Assembly: GCA_029982615.1 (NCBI GenBank)
Contig: JARRBK010000004.1
Location: forward strand, 3,822 to 67,821
DNA: 64,000 bases
From: Tepidanaerobacteraceae bacterium
Lineage (GTDB): Bacteria > Bacillota > Thermosediminibacteria > Thermosediminibacterales > Tepidanaerobacteraceae
Reading direction: 5' to 3'
The position numbers were made by a program, and so were the translations under genes. The notes under the pieces are model-generated. The model had not been told where the DNA came from. It made no database searches and saw only the letters and a program-made list of their open reading frames with translations. Positions within the stretch are counted from its first letter, which is position 1. Every line of letters begins with the position of its first letter. Below, in pieces: positions 1 to 10,276 of this stretch.

Positions 1-2
1 TC

Positions 3-260
3 CACGACATCATTTTCAGGGCATGTGACAGCAGGCCGCTGGAATCGGTGCTTACGAATTTCCATCATTTCATTCAGCGGGCAAGACTGGTATCCATAAA
101 ATCTACCGGAAGAGCGCCGGTTTCTTTGGAGGAACACCGCAAAATTTATAACGCGTTAGCATCCCACGACCCTGATGCTGCTGAAAAAGCAATGATTAGG
201 CATGTTGACAAAGCCAGATCCAACTTATATCCATTTCTTGAAAACCATAAAGTATTTTAA
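3..260 (+). CDS. C-terminal fragment of a GntR/FadR-family transcriptional regulator (FCD-type ligand domain); 5' end lies outside the window
   Basis: The frame is open from the window edge to TAA at 258-260. The helical pattern ...HHFIQRARL...EEHRKIYNALASHDPDAAEKAMIRHV is typical of FadR C-terminal domains. A hairpin terminator follows. Confidence 0.5.
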   Translation, partial: HDIIFRACDSRPLESVLTNFHHFIQRARLVSIKSTGRAPVSLEEHRKIYNALASHDPDAAEKAMIRHVDKARSNLYPFLENHKVF

Positions 261-262
261 TT

Positions 263-300
263 AAAAAAAATCCTTGCGTTGCGCAAGGATTAATTTTTTT
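263..300. terminator. Bidirectional rho-independent terminator between convergent genes
   Basis: Stem AATCCTTGCG/CGCAAGGATT (269-291) is flanked by an A-run upstream and a T-run downstream. Confidence 0.6.
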
Positions 301-646
301 CAAGCAGTTTCATCAGCACGGCTCGGTTTGAAACCGGATACAGGGATGTTAATCTACCCTGGGTGGTACCGGAATTTATCATCAGGTCCAGGTCTTTGGT
401 GCTCTTTTCGAGCAGGTCGATTTTTTCTCTGATGGTTTTTAAATCAAAACCGTTGTCTTTTAAGTACTTGATTCTGGTCAGCCTGATTACATCCTTTTCT
501 GTATATCTTCTCTGCTTTCCCTGAGTTCTGATGGGGGAAATCAAGCCCATATTTTCATAATACCGGATCTGACGGCTTGTAAGCCCGGTCTTTTCTTCTA
601 CCATCCCGATAGGGTAGATCCCCTTTAAAGAAGTGTAAGCAGCCAT
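290..646 (-). CDS. glnR: MerR-family nitrogen regulator of the GlnR/TnrA type
   Basis: PIGMVEEKTGLTSRQIRYYENMGLISPIRTQGKQRRY matches the GlnR/TnrA helix-turn-helix region. The start is placed at the ATG (MAAYT) 7 nt after GGAGGTG. The gene is divergent from glnA. Confidence 0.8.
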   Translation of the reverse strand: MAAYTSLKGIYPIGMVEEKTGLTSRQIRYYENMGLISPIRTQGKQRRYTEKDVIRLTRIKYLKDNGFDLKTIREKIDLLEKSTKDLDLMINSGTTQGRLTSLYPVSNRAVLMKLLEKN

Positions 647-664
647 TGCAACCACCTCCTGAAA

Positions 665-683
665 TGTTAACAATATACTAACA
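665..683. promoter_or_regulatory. Inverted repeat TGTTA-N9-TAACA in the glnR/glnA divergent region (candidate operator)
   Basis: TGTTAACAATATACTAACA was read directly. It resembles the TnrA/GlnR half-sites (TGTNA/TNACA) but has a 9-nt spacer instead of 7. Confidence 0.25.
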
Positions 684-750
684 CATCAAAACTTTAATGT
701 CAACGAAATGTAAGAAATAAATTTTTTTGATAAAAAAACCTGACATTTAG

Positions 751-779
751 TTGACGTTTGGCAGATTTGCTGTTATTAT
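751..779 (+). promoter_or_regulatory. Sigma-A-like promoter for glnA
   Basis: TTGACG (751-756), a 17-nt spacer, then TATTAT (774-779), about 35 nt upstream of the glnA start. Confidence 0.45.
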
Positions 780-815
780 TCTAATATAAAATTAACGAAT
801 GTGGAGGGGAGAAAA

Positions 816-2144
816 ATGAGTTACACAAAAGAAGACATTATAAGTCTTACCAAAGATCTCAAGGTAAAATTTATCAGGCTTCAGTTTGTGGATATTTTTG
901 GAGTGGTGAAAAATGTAGCCATTCCCATAAGCCAGCTGGAGGACGTGCTGGACGGGAAGCTCATGTTCGACGGCTCTTCCATCGAAGGCTTTACCAGAAT
1001 TCAAGAATCGGATATGTATTTAAAGCCTGATCTGGACTCTTTTGCTATATTCCCGTGGAAGCCTAGAGATGGTGCGGAAGCGAGATTGATATGCGACATT
1101 TACAATCCTGACGGCACTCCCTTTCAGGGAAGCCCCCGCCAGGTTTTGAAAAATGTAATTGAAGAGGCAAAGAGCATGGGATTTACCATGTATGCCGGGC
1201 CGGAACCTGAATTTTTCATGTTCTTGACAGATGAAAAGGGGAAACCTACCATTGAGACGCAAGACACAGGAGGATACTTTGATTTGTCACCCATTGATTT
1301 GGGTGAGAATGCTCGCAGGGATATTGTATTGACATTGGAGGAAATGGGGTTTGAGGTAGAGGCTGCCCACCACGAAGTGGCACCTGGCCAGCATGAAATC
1401 GACTTCAAGTATTCAGATGCACTAAAGACTGCTGATAATATAGCCACATTCCGTTTTGTTACCAAAATAATAGCAAAACAGCACGGGTTGCATGCAACGT
1501 TTATGCCTAAACCGGTTTTCGGTATCAACGGTTCAGGGATGCACATACATCAATCGCTATTTAAGGACGGCAAAAATGCATTTGCGGACGAAAATGGAGA
1601 AGCAGGCCTGAGCGAAATCGCCAGATACTATATAGGCGGTATATTAAAACATGCCCCCGGATTTACGGCTATAACAAATCCTCTCGTGAACTCCTACAAG
1701 CGGCTGGTACCTGGGTATGAGGCTCCGGTATATATCTGCTGGTCGGCGAAAAATAGGAGTGCACTTGTGAGGGTGCCTGCCGCTGGAGGCGTAAAGACGA
1801 GAATAGAATTGCGCAGCCCTGATCCTGCTGCGAACCCATATCTAGCGCTAGCAGTTATTCTGGCTGCAGGCCTTGACGGAATAAAGAACAAAATTGATCC
1901 CGGCCATCAAGTTTACAACAATATTTACCATATGACTGACGAAGAAAGAGAAAAAGCCGGTATCAAGAGCCTTCCCGGCAGCCTTAAAGAAGCTCTTGAG
2001 CTTTTGGAGCAGGATGAGGTTATAAAGAAAGCCCTTGGAGAGCATGTATATGAACATTTTGTGAGGGCAAAGAAAATAGAATGGGATATTTATAGAACAA
2101 AGGTACATTCCTGGGAGCTGGAACAATACGCTGAAACCTATTGA
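816..2144 (+). CDS. glnA: Glutamine synthetase type I (alpha subtype), copy 1
   Basis: Motifs [16 protein letters not shown] and [13 protein letters not shown] are present. The ATG (MSYTKEDI) follows GGAGGGGAG. Length and end-to-end similarity fit GS-I. Confidence 0.95.
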   Translation: MSYTKEDIISLTKDLKVKFIRLQFVDIFGVVKNVAIPISQLEDVLDGKLMFDGSSIEGFTRIQESDMYLKPDLDSFAIFPWKPRDGAEARLICDIYNPDGTPFQGSPRQVLKNVIEEAKSMGFTMYAGPEPEFFMFLTDEKGKPTIETQDTGGYFDLSPIDLGENARRDIVLTLEEMGFEVEAAHHEVAPGQHEIDFKYSDALKTADNIATFRFVTKIIAKQHGLHATFMPKPVFGINGSGMHIHQSLFKDGKNAFADENGEAGLSEIARYYIGGILKHAPGFTAITNPLVNSYKRLVPGYEAPVYICWSAKNRSALVRVPAAGGVKTRIELRSPDPAANPYLALAVILAAGLDGIKNKIDPGHQVYNNIYHMTDEEREKAGIKSLPGSLKEALELLEQDEVIKKALGEHVYEHFVRAKKIEWDIYRTKVHSWELEQYAETY

Positions 2145-2235
2145 TGCAAAAAATGAGTTTTATTCCGCAAGTGCCGGAGTCTGGAAAGTGGCCCGGCACC
2201 CTTTAACTCCCTCTATATATATCTTTTTCCCGGAA

Positions 2236-2269
2236 GGAGCGGCTGTCCGCTCCTTTATTTTTTTTTTTT
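2236..2269 (+). terminator. Rho-independent terminator after glnA copy 1
   Basis: Stem GGAGCGG-CTGT-CCGCTCC is followed by TTTATTTTTTTTTTTT. Confidence 0.7.
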
Positions 2270-2398
2270 GCAAAAATACATAAGAACACTTATGATTTAT
2301 CTTATGGTTTAATATTGAAAAATATGGTATACTTATTAATAATTACTATCGATTTTAATTGGCTTTTGCCAGTAGGTTGAAAAAGGAGGCCCTTTTCA

Positions 2399-4207
2399 AT
2401 GAAAGCCACTGTGGTTTTGACATGGGTTAAAACAATGGGAGAAATGTATGGCGATGATCTGGTGCAGAGACTGGTAGAAGAGGTTCAGATAAAAACCGAG
2501 GACCTTCATTCGCCGCTGTCCGATGTGCCGGATGAAAAAGTTAATTTGCTCATAGATGCTGTCAGCCGGGAAACCGGAAACCCACCCGATAAAATATGGA
2601 AAAAACTAGGAGAGAAGAATATATCAACGTTTTCCAAATGGTTTCCATCGTTTTTTGAACACAGAAAACTAAGACCTTTTCTTGTAATGATGGATAAAGT
2701 CCACGAAATTTTGACAAAAATGATACCGGGCGCAGGACCACCGCGACTTTTTATAGTAAGCGAAACTCCTTACGAGGTGGTAATGAGATATGAATCTCAC
2801 AGGAAAATGTACGATTATTTCTTGGGCCTGTTAGAAGGCAGCCGGAATTTTTTTAAAGAAAAAATGGAAATTGAAAAGATAGAACAGGGCTCCCGAGATG
2901 GCCGCAATTTCATGACTGTTAGACTCAGATTTGAAACACCTTACTACTCAGAAAAGAAATTTTTGACAAATATTTTGCTTTCCTTCGGTTTCCTTCGTTC
3001 CATCGCTGCAAAAATTGCCTTAGCAACTTTTGTAATAACGGGAGCAGGGGCATTTTTGGCGGCGGGCGCTGCGCCGCTAGAAGCTATTATTCTGGCTGTT
3101 CTGGTTTCAATGTTGGTTTATATAATCTCAAGCTTATTGCTTTTGCCTATACGCGATATCAGGCAGGAGATACAGGCCTTATCGAAGCTGCAGTTTCAAG
3201 AAATGCCCAGAATAAAAAGCATGGATGTTTTCGAAGACATTATTGGGGATATAAATACAGCGAAAAAGAGTTTTCAGGATGATTTGCTTTTCTTAAAGGG
3301 AGGGACAGATGACCTTTCCAACTTTACTACCTATTTTAACCAAGTGGCGCAACAGATGAAGAATATTTCCGACGAAATCTCCCGGGTCGTGGAGGAAGTG
3401 GCAAATGGTGCAGTCCAGCAGGCGGAGGAAACTGAAAGCGCTGTAAATACTCTTGATTCAAACATAAACGGTCTCAACCTGATTTCTCAAAAAGAAGAGC
3501 AAAGCAAAGTGCTTCTGGCTGAATCCGCTGAACACGCAAAACAGGTGTCTGAAGAAGTGGCAAGAGCCATATCCGGCATTGAAGATGCCCTTAAAAATTT
3601 CGAGTATATTAGGGTACAGTCAGAAGAGCTGGCTAAAAGCGCTACAGCCATAATGGAAATTGTAAATACTGTGGAAAGAATTGCGGATCAGACAAATCTT
3701 TTGTCCCTGAATGCCGCGATTGAAGCAGCTCGTGCTGGGGAAACGGGGCGGGGGTTTGCTGTGGTGGCAAATGAGGTCCGAGCCCTTGCGGATGAAGCAA
3801 AACTTGCAGTTAAAAAAATAAGCCAAAGCCTGCAGGATTTTTCTGGAAAGGTGCTTACATTGGCCCAGCATTTTTCAAAGCAGTTCGAGAAGCTTAAGAG
3901 CAGTGGCGAATCGCTGAATAAAGCAGGCAAAAGCATGGCCTTGAGCAATCAAAGGGCTGAGGAAGTGACCAATGCAGTAGTAGACCTTGTAGAACAGCTT
4001 AATGCAGAAAACATGAAAATACGAAATGTGGTGGACAACCTTCATTCGTTAGCAGCTATAGCAGAAGAAAACTCGGCTTCATCTGAAGAAATGAGCGCCA
4101 GCATCAGCGATTATTCCGCCAGAATAAAAGAATTGACCGATTATATTGCCCGTTTGGAAAAATTATCGTTGAAATTTAAAGACCAGCTTAAAAAATACAT
4201 AATATGA
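2399..4207 (+). CDS. Methyl-accepting chemotaxis protein with an N-terminal H-NOX (heme NO/O2-binding) sensor domain
   Basis: The N-terminal ~185 aa align by eye with the Caldanaerobacter (Thermoanaerobacter) tengcongensis H-NOX of Tar4 (MKxTxVxTWxKT..., FLxMMDxVHxxLTKMIxGAxPPRL, [18 protein letters not shown]). Two TM segments follow, then a HAMP-like region and the conserved MCP signalling hairpin [38 protein letters not shown]. The RBS is AAGGAGG. Confidence 0.9.
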   Translation: MKATVVLTWVKTMGEMYGDDLVQRLVEEVQIKTEDLHSPLSDVPDEKVNLLIDAVSRETGNPPDKIWKKLGEKNISTFSKWFPSFFEHRKLRPFLVMMDKVHEILTKMIPGAGPPRLFIVSETPYEVVMRYESHRKMYDYFLGLLEGSRNFFKEKMEIEKIEQGSRDGRNFMTVRLRFETPYYSEKKFLTNILLSFGFLRSIAAKIALATFVITGAGAFLAAGAAPLEAIILAVLVSMLVYIISSLLLLPIRDIRQEIQALSKLQFQEMPRIKSMDVFEDIIGDINTAKKSFQDDLLFLKGGTDDLSNFTTYFNQVAQQMKNISDEISRVVEEVANGAVQQAEETESAVNTLDSNINGLNLISQKEEQSKVLLAESAEHAKQVSEEVARAISGIEDALKNFEYIRVQSEELAKSATAIMEIVNTVERIADQTNLLSLNAAIEAARAGETGRGFAVVANEVRALADEAKLAVKKISQSLQDFSGKVLTLAQHFSKQFEKLKSSGESLNKAGKSMALSNQRAEEVTNAVVDLVEQLNAENMKIRNVVDNLHSLAAIAEENSASSEEMSASISDYSARIKELTDYIARLEKLSLKFKDQLKKYII

Positions 4208-4325
4208 TATGAACGCTACATAATCTTACACTTGCTAGACTATATGATATAAAGATGATATATTAATATATGCGATTAATTATTAAAATGAATCTTACAA
4301 ACACATAATTTTTGGGAGGGATAAA

Positions 4326-5660
4326 ATGCCAAAGTTCACTAAAAGCGATATTCTTCACAAGGCGCAGGAGCTGGATGTAAAATTCATAAGGCTGCAGTTT
4401 ACAGACATTCTTGGCATAATAAAAAATGTCACCATAACTGTGGAACAGCTTGAAGATGCCCTGGACGGAAAGATAATGTTCGACGGCTCTTCCATTGAAG
4501 GTTTTACCCGGATACAGGAATCTGACATGTACCTGCGGCCGGATTACGACACTTTTGCCATCCTGCCGTGGAAGCCCAGGAAGGGTGCTGAAGCCAGGCT
4601 CATGTGCGATATTTATGATTCCAACAATGAACCCTTTGAGGGGTGCCCCCGTGGAATACTTAAAAAAGTGGTGGAGGAAGCGCGGCAGATGGGGTATGAG
4701 ATGTACGCCGGTCCCGAGCCGGAGTTCTTCCTTTTTGAGACGGACGAGGAAGGCAATCCCACGGTGAAGACCCATGATAAGGGCAGCTATTTCGACCTTT
4801 CTCCGGTGGATCTGGGGGAAAATGCCAGAAGGGATATAGTGCTGGCCCTGCAGGAGATGGGGTTTGACGTGGAGACATCTCACCATGAGGTGGCTCCCGG
4901 CCAGCATGAAATAGATTTCAAATACACAAAGGCTGTGCAAACAGCAGACAACATAGTTACGTTCAAATTTGTGACGAAAGCCATTGCTGCAGAGCACGGG
5001 CTGTATGCTACCTTTATGCCAAAGCCAATTTTTGGTGAAAACGGTTCTGGCATGCACATACACCTTTCTCTGTTCAGAGACGGAGTGAATGCATTTTATG
5101 ATGAAAATGAAAAGGATACGGGGCTTTCCCAGGTGGCGAAATATTTTATAGGCGGTATACTGCAGCACGCAAAGGCATTTACTGCTATAACCAATCCTAC
5201 GGTAAACTCTTATAAGCGTCTGGTACCGGGGTATGAAGCGCCGGTTTACATATCCTGGTCGGGCAAGAACCGCAGTGCCCTGGTGAGAGTTCCCGCTGCC
5301 CGGGGCAATGCCAGCCGTATAGAACTTCGAAGCCCGGATCCTTCGGCAAATCCATACCTTGCTCTGGCAGTCATTCTAAAGGCCGGCCTTGATGGAATCA
5401 AAAACAAAATAGACCCTGGGCCTCAGACCTTCAACAACATTTTTGACATGACTCCGGTGGAAAGGCTGGAAGCGGGGATTGAAATGCTTCCGGGAAGCCT
5501 GAAGGAAGCCCTTGACTACCTGTCTCAAGATGAGGTCATTAAAGAAGCTCTGGGGCCACATGTTTATGAGCATTTTGTGAAAGCAAAGCTCATCGAATGG
5601 GATATCTATAGGGTTCAGGTGCATAAATGGGAGCTTGACCAGTACCTGGGCGTGTTTTAG
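4326..5660 (+). CDS. glnA: Glutamine synthetase type I (alpha subtype), copy 2
   Basis: It has the same GS-I motifs as copy 1 and is roughly two-thirds to three-quarters identical to it by eye. The RBS GGGAGGG lies 6 nt before the ATG. Confidence 0.95.
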   Translation: MPKFTKSDILHKAQELDVKFIRLQFTDILGIIKNVTITVEQLEDALDGKIMFDGSSIEGFTRIQESDMYLRPDYDTFAILPWKPRKGAEARLMCDIYDSNNEPFEGCPRGILKKVVEEARQMGYEMYAGPEPEFFLFETDEEGNPTVKTHDKGSYFDLSPVDLGENARRDIVLALQEMGFDVETSHHEVAPGQHEIDFKYTKAVQTADNIVTFKFVTKAIAAEHGLYATFMPKPIFGENGSGMHIHLSLFRDGVNAFYDENEKDTGLSQVAKYFIGGILQHAKAFTAITNPTVNSYKRLVPGYEAPVYISWSGKNRSALVRVPAARGNASRIELRSPDPSANPYLALAVILKAGLDGIKNKIDPGPQTFNNIFDMTPVERLEAGIEMLPGSLKEALDYLSQDEVIKEALGPHVYEHFVKAKLIEWDIYRVQVHKWELDQYLGVF

Positions 5661-5673
5661 ATTAAAATTTAAA

Positions 5674-5701
5674 AAGGGCTGTGGGCCCTTTCTTTTTTTT
5701 T
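5674..5701. terminator. Bidirectional terminator between glnA copy 2 and pfk
   Basis: Stem AAAGGGC/GCCCTTT has an A-run on one side and a T-run on the other. It lies between convergent genes. Confidence 0.6.
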
Positions 5702-5714
5702 CAAAAACAATATC

Positions 5715-6800
5715 TTAATCTCCAAAACTGATGCCGATGCTGCGGGCAGCCTGGATGAGAGGATGGTCCAGCGGTACCGTCCTGCAGCCCTGGGGAATTT
5801 CTTCAAATGGCATCCAAGTAATAATGCCATTTTTTAAAGAGACCATCTTGCCGTATTCCCCGGCAAGCGCCAATTTTGCGGCGGCTTCGCCGTATCTGGT
5901 AGCCAGAATCCTGTCAAAGGGCGATGGAGACCCTCCTCTTTGTACATGGCCCAATATCGTGGCCCGGCTCTCAAAGCCTGTAACTTGTTCCACCATTTCC
6001 GCTATCCTGTAACTTATTCCTCCCAGCCTTATGGGATCCCCGCTGCCTTTGATAGTTTCGCGCACCACTTTTTCTCCGTCCGGCAGTTTTGCCCCTTCTG
6101 CCACCACAATGATGCTGAACGGCTTTCCCTCTTTCTGGCGGGCGAATATTTTTTCCGCCACTTTTTGCATTTTCCATGGAATTTCGGGAATTAGAATTAC
6201 ATCAGCGCCGCCGGCCACTCCACTGTATAGTGCAATCCAGCCCGCATATCTTCCCATGAGTTCCAGCACCATGACTCTATGATGGGATTCAGCGGTGGTG
6301 TGCAGTTTGTCTAGGGCTTCAGTTGCTGTAGCCACAGCAGTATCGAATCCGAAGGTCTGATCGGTGCCCTGCATGTCATTATCTATGGTCTTGGGCACAC
6401 CAATTATTCTAGCACCTTTTTGGGTGAGTTCCCGAGCTATGGCAAGGCTGCCGTCGCCACCGATTACAATCAGGCAGTCGATGCTGAGCATTCTAAGATT
6501 TTCCAGGGCAGTATCCGACATGTCTTTGAATACCAGCTCATTGCCCTCCTTGACAGGGAAATTAAAAGGATTGTCCCGATTGTTGGTGCCGAGCACCGTG
6601 CCTCCTCTGTGAAGCAGCCCTGATATATCGCGTTTCTCCATTTTTCGAAAATTTCCCCGTATCAGTCCGCTGTAACCGTCCAGGAAACCGTACAATTCCA
6701 CGCCTGCTGATTCGGCTACCTTGGCCACTGCTCTGATAACAGCATTCAGCCCTGGAGCGTCCCCTCCTCCTGTCAGTATGCCCAATCTTTTGACTGCCAT
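5715..6800 (-). CDS. pfkA: 6-phosphofructokinase (PfkA family; phosphoryl donor ATP or PPi not resolved)
   Basis: Motifs GILTGGGDAPGLNAVIR, IGGDGS, PKTIDND and MGRYAGW are present. The RBS is GGAGG. Confidence 0.9.
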   Translation of the reverse strand: MAVKRLGILTGGGDAPGLNAVIRAVAKVAESAGVELYGFLDGYSGLIRGNFRKMEKRDISGLLHRGGTVLGTNNRDNPFNFPVKEGNELVFKDMSDTALENLRMLSIDCLIVIGGDGSLAIARELTQKGARIIGVPKTIDNDMQGTDQTFGFDTAVATATEALDKLHTTAESHHRVMVLELMGRYAGWIALYSGVAGGADVILIPEIPWKMQKVAEKIFARQKEGKPFSIIVVAEGAKLPDGEKVVRETIKGSGDPIRLGGISYRIAEMVEQVTGFESRATILGHVQRGGSPSPFDRILATRYGEAAAKLALAGEYGKMVSLKNGIITWMPFEEIPQGCRTVPLDHPLIQAARSIGISFGD

Positions 6801-6841
6801 TGATTTTCCTCCTTTTGCATAAAATTTGACCTAAAACATAT

Positions 6842-6869
6842 TTTACAGTTCGATCATATGTGTTATAAT
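6842..6869 (+). promoter_or_regulatory. Candidate extended -10 promoter upstream of ilvN-ilvD
   Basis: TTTACA (6842-6847), a 16-nt spacer, then TGtTATAAT (6861-6869). This would give a leader of about 160 nt. Confidence 0.35.
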
Positions 6870-7033
6870 AAAATTCAAATATATTAATTTTGTTTTTTAA
6901 TCAAGTCCTGTCCTAATTATACCAGATAAATTAAAATACACAATTTTAATAAATGGTGCAGATAGCATTGACCCAAAGGAAAATCTCAGATTTTCCCCCT
7001 TAAGGTTAATTAAAACGGAAAGGCGGTGTTTTT

Positions 7034-7579
7034 TTGCGCAAGGCGATTTTTTCAGTACTGGTTCACAATGAATATGGCGTGGTTACAAGAATATCAGGGC
7101 TTTTTACCCGAAGGGGATTTAACATCACCAGTTTTACCGGCGAGGAGACCGAAGACCCCAGGATTTCGCGCATTACCATCGTGGCCGAAGGGGACGAGAG
7201 GGAACTTTCACAGATAAAAAGCCAGGTGGAGAAACTGGTGGATATCATTAAAGTCGTAGAACTGGATATAAAAGCTTCGGTGCAGAGGGAACTGGCTCTT
7301 GTTAAAGTGAAGACCCAGGATAACAACCGTGCGGAGATATTCCAGATAGTGGAGTCGTTTAGAGGTAAGGTTGTGGACATAGAGCCCGAGGCGATCATCA
7401 TAGAAATTACCGGGGACCTGGATAAAGTAAAGGCGTTTCTGAACATGATGAAACATTACGGTATTATCGAAAGTGTTCGGACCGGCATCATTGCCCTGCA
7501 GCGGGGAAAAGAAAGCATTCACAATGAACCGGCCCCTGCAAAGGAAACGTCCTGTGGTTGCTGTGAGAGAGCGGATTAA
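7034..7579 (+). CDS. ilvN: Acetolactate synthase small (regulatory, ACT-domain) subunit
   Basis: [28 protein letters not shown]...ISRITIV is the classic IlvN/IlvH ACT signature. TTG start after GGAAAGGCGG. Confidence 0.85.
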   Translation: MRKAIFSVLVHNEYGVVTRISGLFTRRGFNITSFTGEETEDPRISRITIVAEGDERELSQIKSQVEKLVDIIKVVELDIKASVQRELALVKVKTQDNNRAEIFQIVESFRGKVVDIEPEAIIIEITGDLDKVKAFLNMMKHYGIIESVRTGIIALQRGKESIHNEPAPAKETSCGCCERAD

Positions 7580-7665
7580 ATTGGTTTGTAGGGGTATGCC
7601 GAAACTTGTTTGTGAAAAAACTTTTAGAAGATGAATCTACATTTTGGAGAGGAGAAGTTCAAAAA

Positions 7666-9324
7666 ATGAGAAGCGACAGCATTAAAAAGGGTGCTATGAG
7701 GGCTACCACTAGAGCACTTTTTTACGGCATGGGATTTACCGATGAGGAAATAAATCGCCCCCTCATAGGCATAGTGAATTCACAAAACGAAATTGTAGCA
7801 GGGCATGTACACCTTGACCGAATAGCCCAGGCGGCAAAAATTGGCGTTGCCATGGCCGGCGGCACCCCCATAGAATTTCCTACCATTGGCATATGCGACG
7901 GCATAGCCATGGGACACATCGGCATGAAGTATCCGCTGGCAAGCCGTGAGCTCATCGCCGACTCCATTGAGGCTATGGCGATAGCTCATGGCTTTGACGG
8001 CCTGGTGCTCATACCGAACTGCGACAAAATAGTGCCCGGTATGCTCATGGCAGCGGCAAGGCTAAATATTCCTTCAGTGGTGGTAAGCGGAGGCCCCATG
8101 TTTGCCGGCCGTTACAAAGGTCAGGCCATCGATTTTTCCACCTGCATAGAAAAGATAGGGGCCCTGGAAGCCGGTGAAATTACCGAAGAGGAGCTTTCAG
8201 CCATTGAACACGAGGCATGCCCCGGCTGCGGTTCCTGCTCAGGCCTTTTTACCGCCAATTCCATGAACTGCCTCACCGAGGCACTGGGCATGGGGCTGCC
8301 GGGCAACGGTACCATACCTGCTTATCACGGTGCAAGGATTGCTCTGGCCAAAAAGGCCGGTATGCAGGTTATGGAAATGGTGCGAAAAGATATAAAGCCC
8401 AGGGACATCCTCACAAGAGAGGCTTTCGAAAACGCCATTACGGTGGACATGGGCATGGCGGGCTCCTCCAACACCGTGCTGCACCTGCCGGCCATAGCTC
8501 ACGAAGCGGGTATCAAACTGGAGCTTGAGCTTTTCGACGAAATCAGCCGGAGAACGCCTTATCTTTGCAAATTGAGTCCCAGCGGTCATCATCATATGCA
8601 AGACCTGCACGAAGCGGGCGGTATTCCTGCTTTGATGAAGGAGCTGTCCAAAAAAGGTCTGCTGCACCTGGATTTAATCACCGTCACCGGCGAGACAGTG
8701 GGAGAAAACATAAAGGATGCCTACGTACAGAACCATGAGGTAATAAGACCGGTGGAAAATCCATACAGGGATACCGGCGGCCTTGCCATACTGAAGGGAA
8801 ACCTGGCACCAGACGGTGCGGTGGTAAAAGAAGCCGCAGTGGCGCCGGAAATGATGTTCCACGAAGGGCCAGCCAGGGTGTTCAACTCCGAAGAGGAAGC
8901 TGTAGACGCCATATTTTCCAGAAAGATAAACAAAGGCGATGTGGTGGTAATACGCTACGAAGGCCCCAAAGGCGGTCCGGGAATGCGGGAGATGCTTTCC
9001 CCCACGTCAGCCATAGCGGGCATGGGACTCGACAAAGACGTAGCGCTCATCACGGATGGAAGATTTTCCGGAGCAACCCGCGGCGCTTCCATCGGCCATG
9101 TATCTCCCGAAGCTATGGAAGGCGGGCCGATTGCCCTCCTGGAAGAAGGGGATATTATAAGAATAGACATAAAGAACAAGCGCCTGGATGTGGTGCTGTC
9201 CGAGGAAGAGCTGGAACGCCGCAGGGCAAAATGGCAGATGCCGGAGCCCAAGATAAAGACCGGATACCTTGCCCGGTACGCCAGGATGGTGACATCCGCC
9301 AACACCGGCGCAGTGTTGAAATAA
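7666..9324 (+). CDS. ilvD: Dihydroxy-acid dehydratase
   Basis: Motifs [22 protein letters not shown] and ITDGRFSG are present. The start is placed at the ATG (MRSDSIKKG) after GGAGAGGAG rather than the upstream ORF-track start. Confidence 0.95.
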   Translation: MRSDSIKKGAMRATTRALFYGMGFTDEEINRPLIGIVNSQNEIVAGHVHLDRIAQAAKIGVAMAGGTPIEFPTIGICDGIAMGHIGMKYPLASRELIADSIEAMAIAHGFDGLVLIPNCDKIVPGMLMAAARLNIPSVVVSGGPMFAGRYKGQAIDFSTCIEKIGALEAGEITEEELSAIEHEACPGCGSCSGLFTANSMNCLTEALGMGLPGNGTIPAYHGARIALAKKAGMQVMEMVRKDIKPRDILTREAFENAITVDMGMAGSSNTVLHLPAIAHEAGIKLELELFDEISRRTPYLCKLSPSGHHHMQDLHEAGGIPALMKELSKKGLLHLDLITVTGETVGENIKDAYVQNHEVIRPVENPYRDTGGLAILKGNLAPDGAVVKEAAVAPEMMFHEGPARVFNSEEEAVDAIFSRKINKGDVVVIRYEGPKGGPGMREMLSPTSAIAGMGLDKDVALITDGRFSGATRGASIGHVSPEAMEGGPIALLEEGDIIRIDIKNKRLDVVLSEEELERRRAKWQMPEPKIKTGYLARYARMVTSANTGAVLK

Positions 9325-9432
9325 ATGAAACAGATGATTTTGGTGTAAAAAGTCACTTCCCTGCCGGAGATGGTCCGGGACCGCAGCTTTCTGCCGCTCT
9401 CATATGATGCCAGAAGTCGGATGTCGGAAAAT

Positions 9433-9463
9433 AAAAGGAATTTGCGAGCCGCAAATTCCTTTT
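9433..9463. terminator. Bidirectional terminator (inner hairpin of a longer imperfect inverted repeat, 9399-9489)
   Basis: Stem AAAAGGAATTTGC/GCAAATTCCTTTT lies between the convergent ilvD and nucleotidyltransferase genes. Confidence 0.65.
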
Positions 9464-9497
9464 AATCTGATATCTGACATCTGGCATCTGATTTGTG

Positions 9498-10064
9498 CTA
9501 TATTATTTCTGCTTCGTCTTTTATACGCTTCCACAATGTTTCCACACCTAATTTCTGTGCCCAGCGATCTATATATCCCATATCCAATCTTTCATATTGC
9601 ACTTCATATACCCTTAAAGCGTCTATAAAATGTTTTTCACTGCCTCCGGCCATTTTTGCCCACCTTAATTTTGCAAGGATTGTATCTTCGGGACTTGAAA
9701 CCATAATTTTTATTCCCATAAAATCTTCCGAGTATCTTCTGGAAAAACGTGATATGTCAAAAGGTTCATTGGTCAGTATCCAGAAATCAACCTTGTCTCC
9801 TTCTTTAATGTCGATAAGATTAAACATAGTTTTGTCTTTAATAGCATTATAAATGCCATTTTCACTAATGTAAAACTCAGGTGTAGAAAACGCTTTAACT
9901 ATTTTTTTTACATCCTTTTTTTGGATAGCGATTATTAAATCAATATCATGAGTTAGACGAGGTTCACCCTGTAAACTTGAGACAATAGAACCTGTAATCA
10001 TATATTGAATGTTGGCATTTTCAAGAGCTTTAACCACTATTTTTAATAATTCCTGTTGTGACAT
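9498..10064 (-). CDS. Minimal nucleotidyltransferase-fold (MNT-like) protein
   Basis: ITGSIVSSLQGEPRLTHDIDLII fits the GS-x(n)-DxD polymerase-beta-type nucleotidyltransferase motif. It overlaps the upstream small ORF by 22 nt. Confidence 0.6.
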   Translation of the reverse strand: MSQQELLKIVVKALENANIQYMITGSIVSSLQGEPRLTHDIDLIIAIQKKDVKKIVKAFSTPEFYISENGIYNAIKDKTMFNLIDIKEGDKVDFWILTNEPFDISRFSRRYSEDFMGIKIMVSSPEDTILAKLRWAKMAGGSEKHFIDALRVYEVQYERLDMGYIDRWAQKLGVETLWKRIKDEAEII

Positions 10065-10276
10065 TTTTCTATACGCTCCAGATAAATCTTTTTTATTTCT
10101 TCATTACTAAAGTTAGGGAATCTCTTGTGAAGCCCATGAATAAAAAGTTGCTTGGCAAACTCTGATAGCTCGAAAGCTTTTAAAAGTCTTTCTTCGGGTG
10201 ACATTCGCTTAAGAATCTGCAAATATATTTTACGGTCGTCCGGTTGTTGGAAATACATATTTACCCAGCGCTCCAT
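10043..10276 (-). CDS. Small helical protein co-transcribed with the nucleotidyltransferase (putative cognate partner; start uncertain: 10276 or 10258)
   Basis: The ORF overlaps the downstream gene. An extended -10 (TGgTATAAT) lies just upstream on the minus strand, inside the ORF-track N-terminal extension, so the TTG at 10336 is unlikely. I recognise no family. Confidence 0.4.
   Translation of the reverse strand: MERWVNMYFQQPDDRKIYLQILKRMSPEERLLKAFELSEFAKQLFIHGLHKRFPNFSNEEIKKIYLERIEKCHNRNY

Noticed and set aside
4263-5168. 301-aa ORF antisense to glnA copy 2 (similar cases at 792-1004 and 1124-1546 opposite copy 1)
   Set aside because: They lie entirely within well-supported GS-I coding sequence on the other strand. 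They have no RBS or domain signal.
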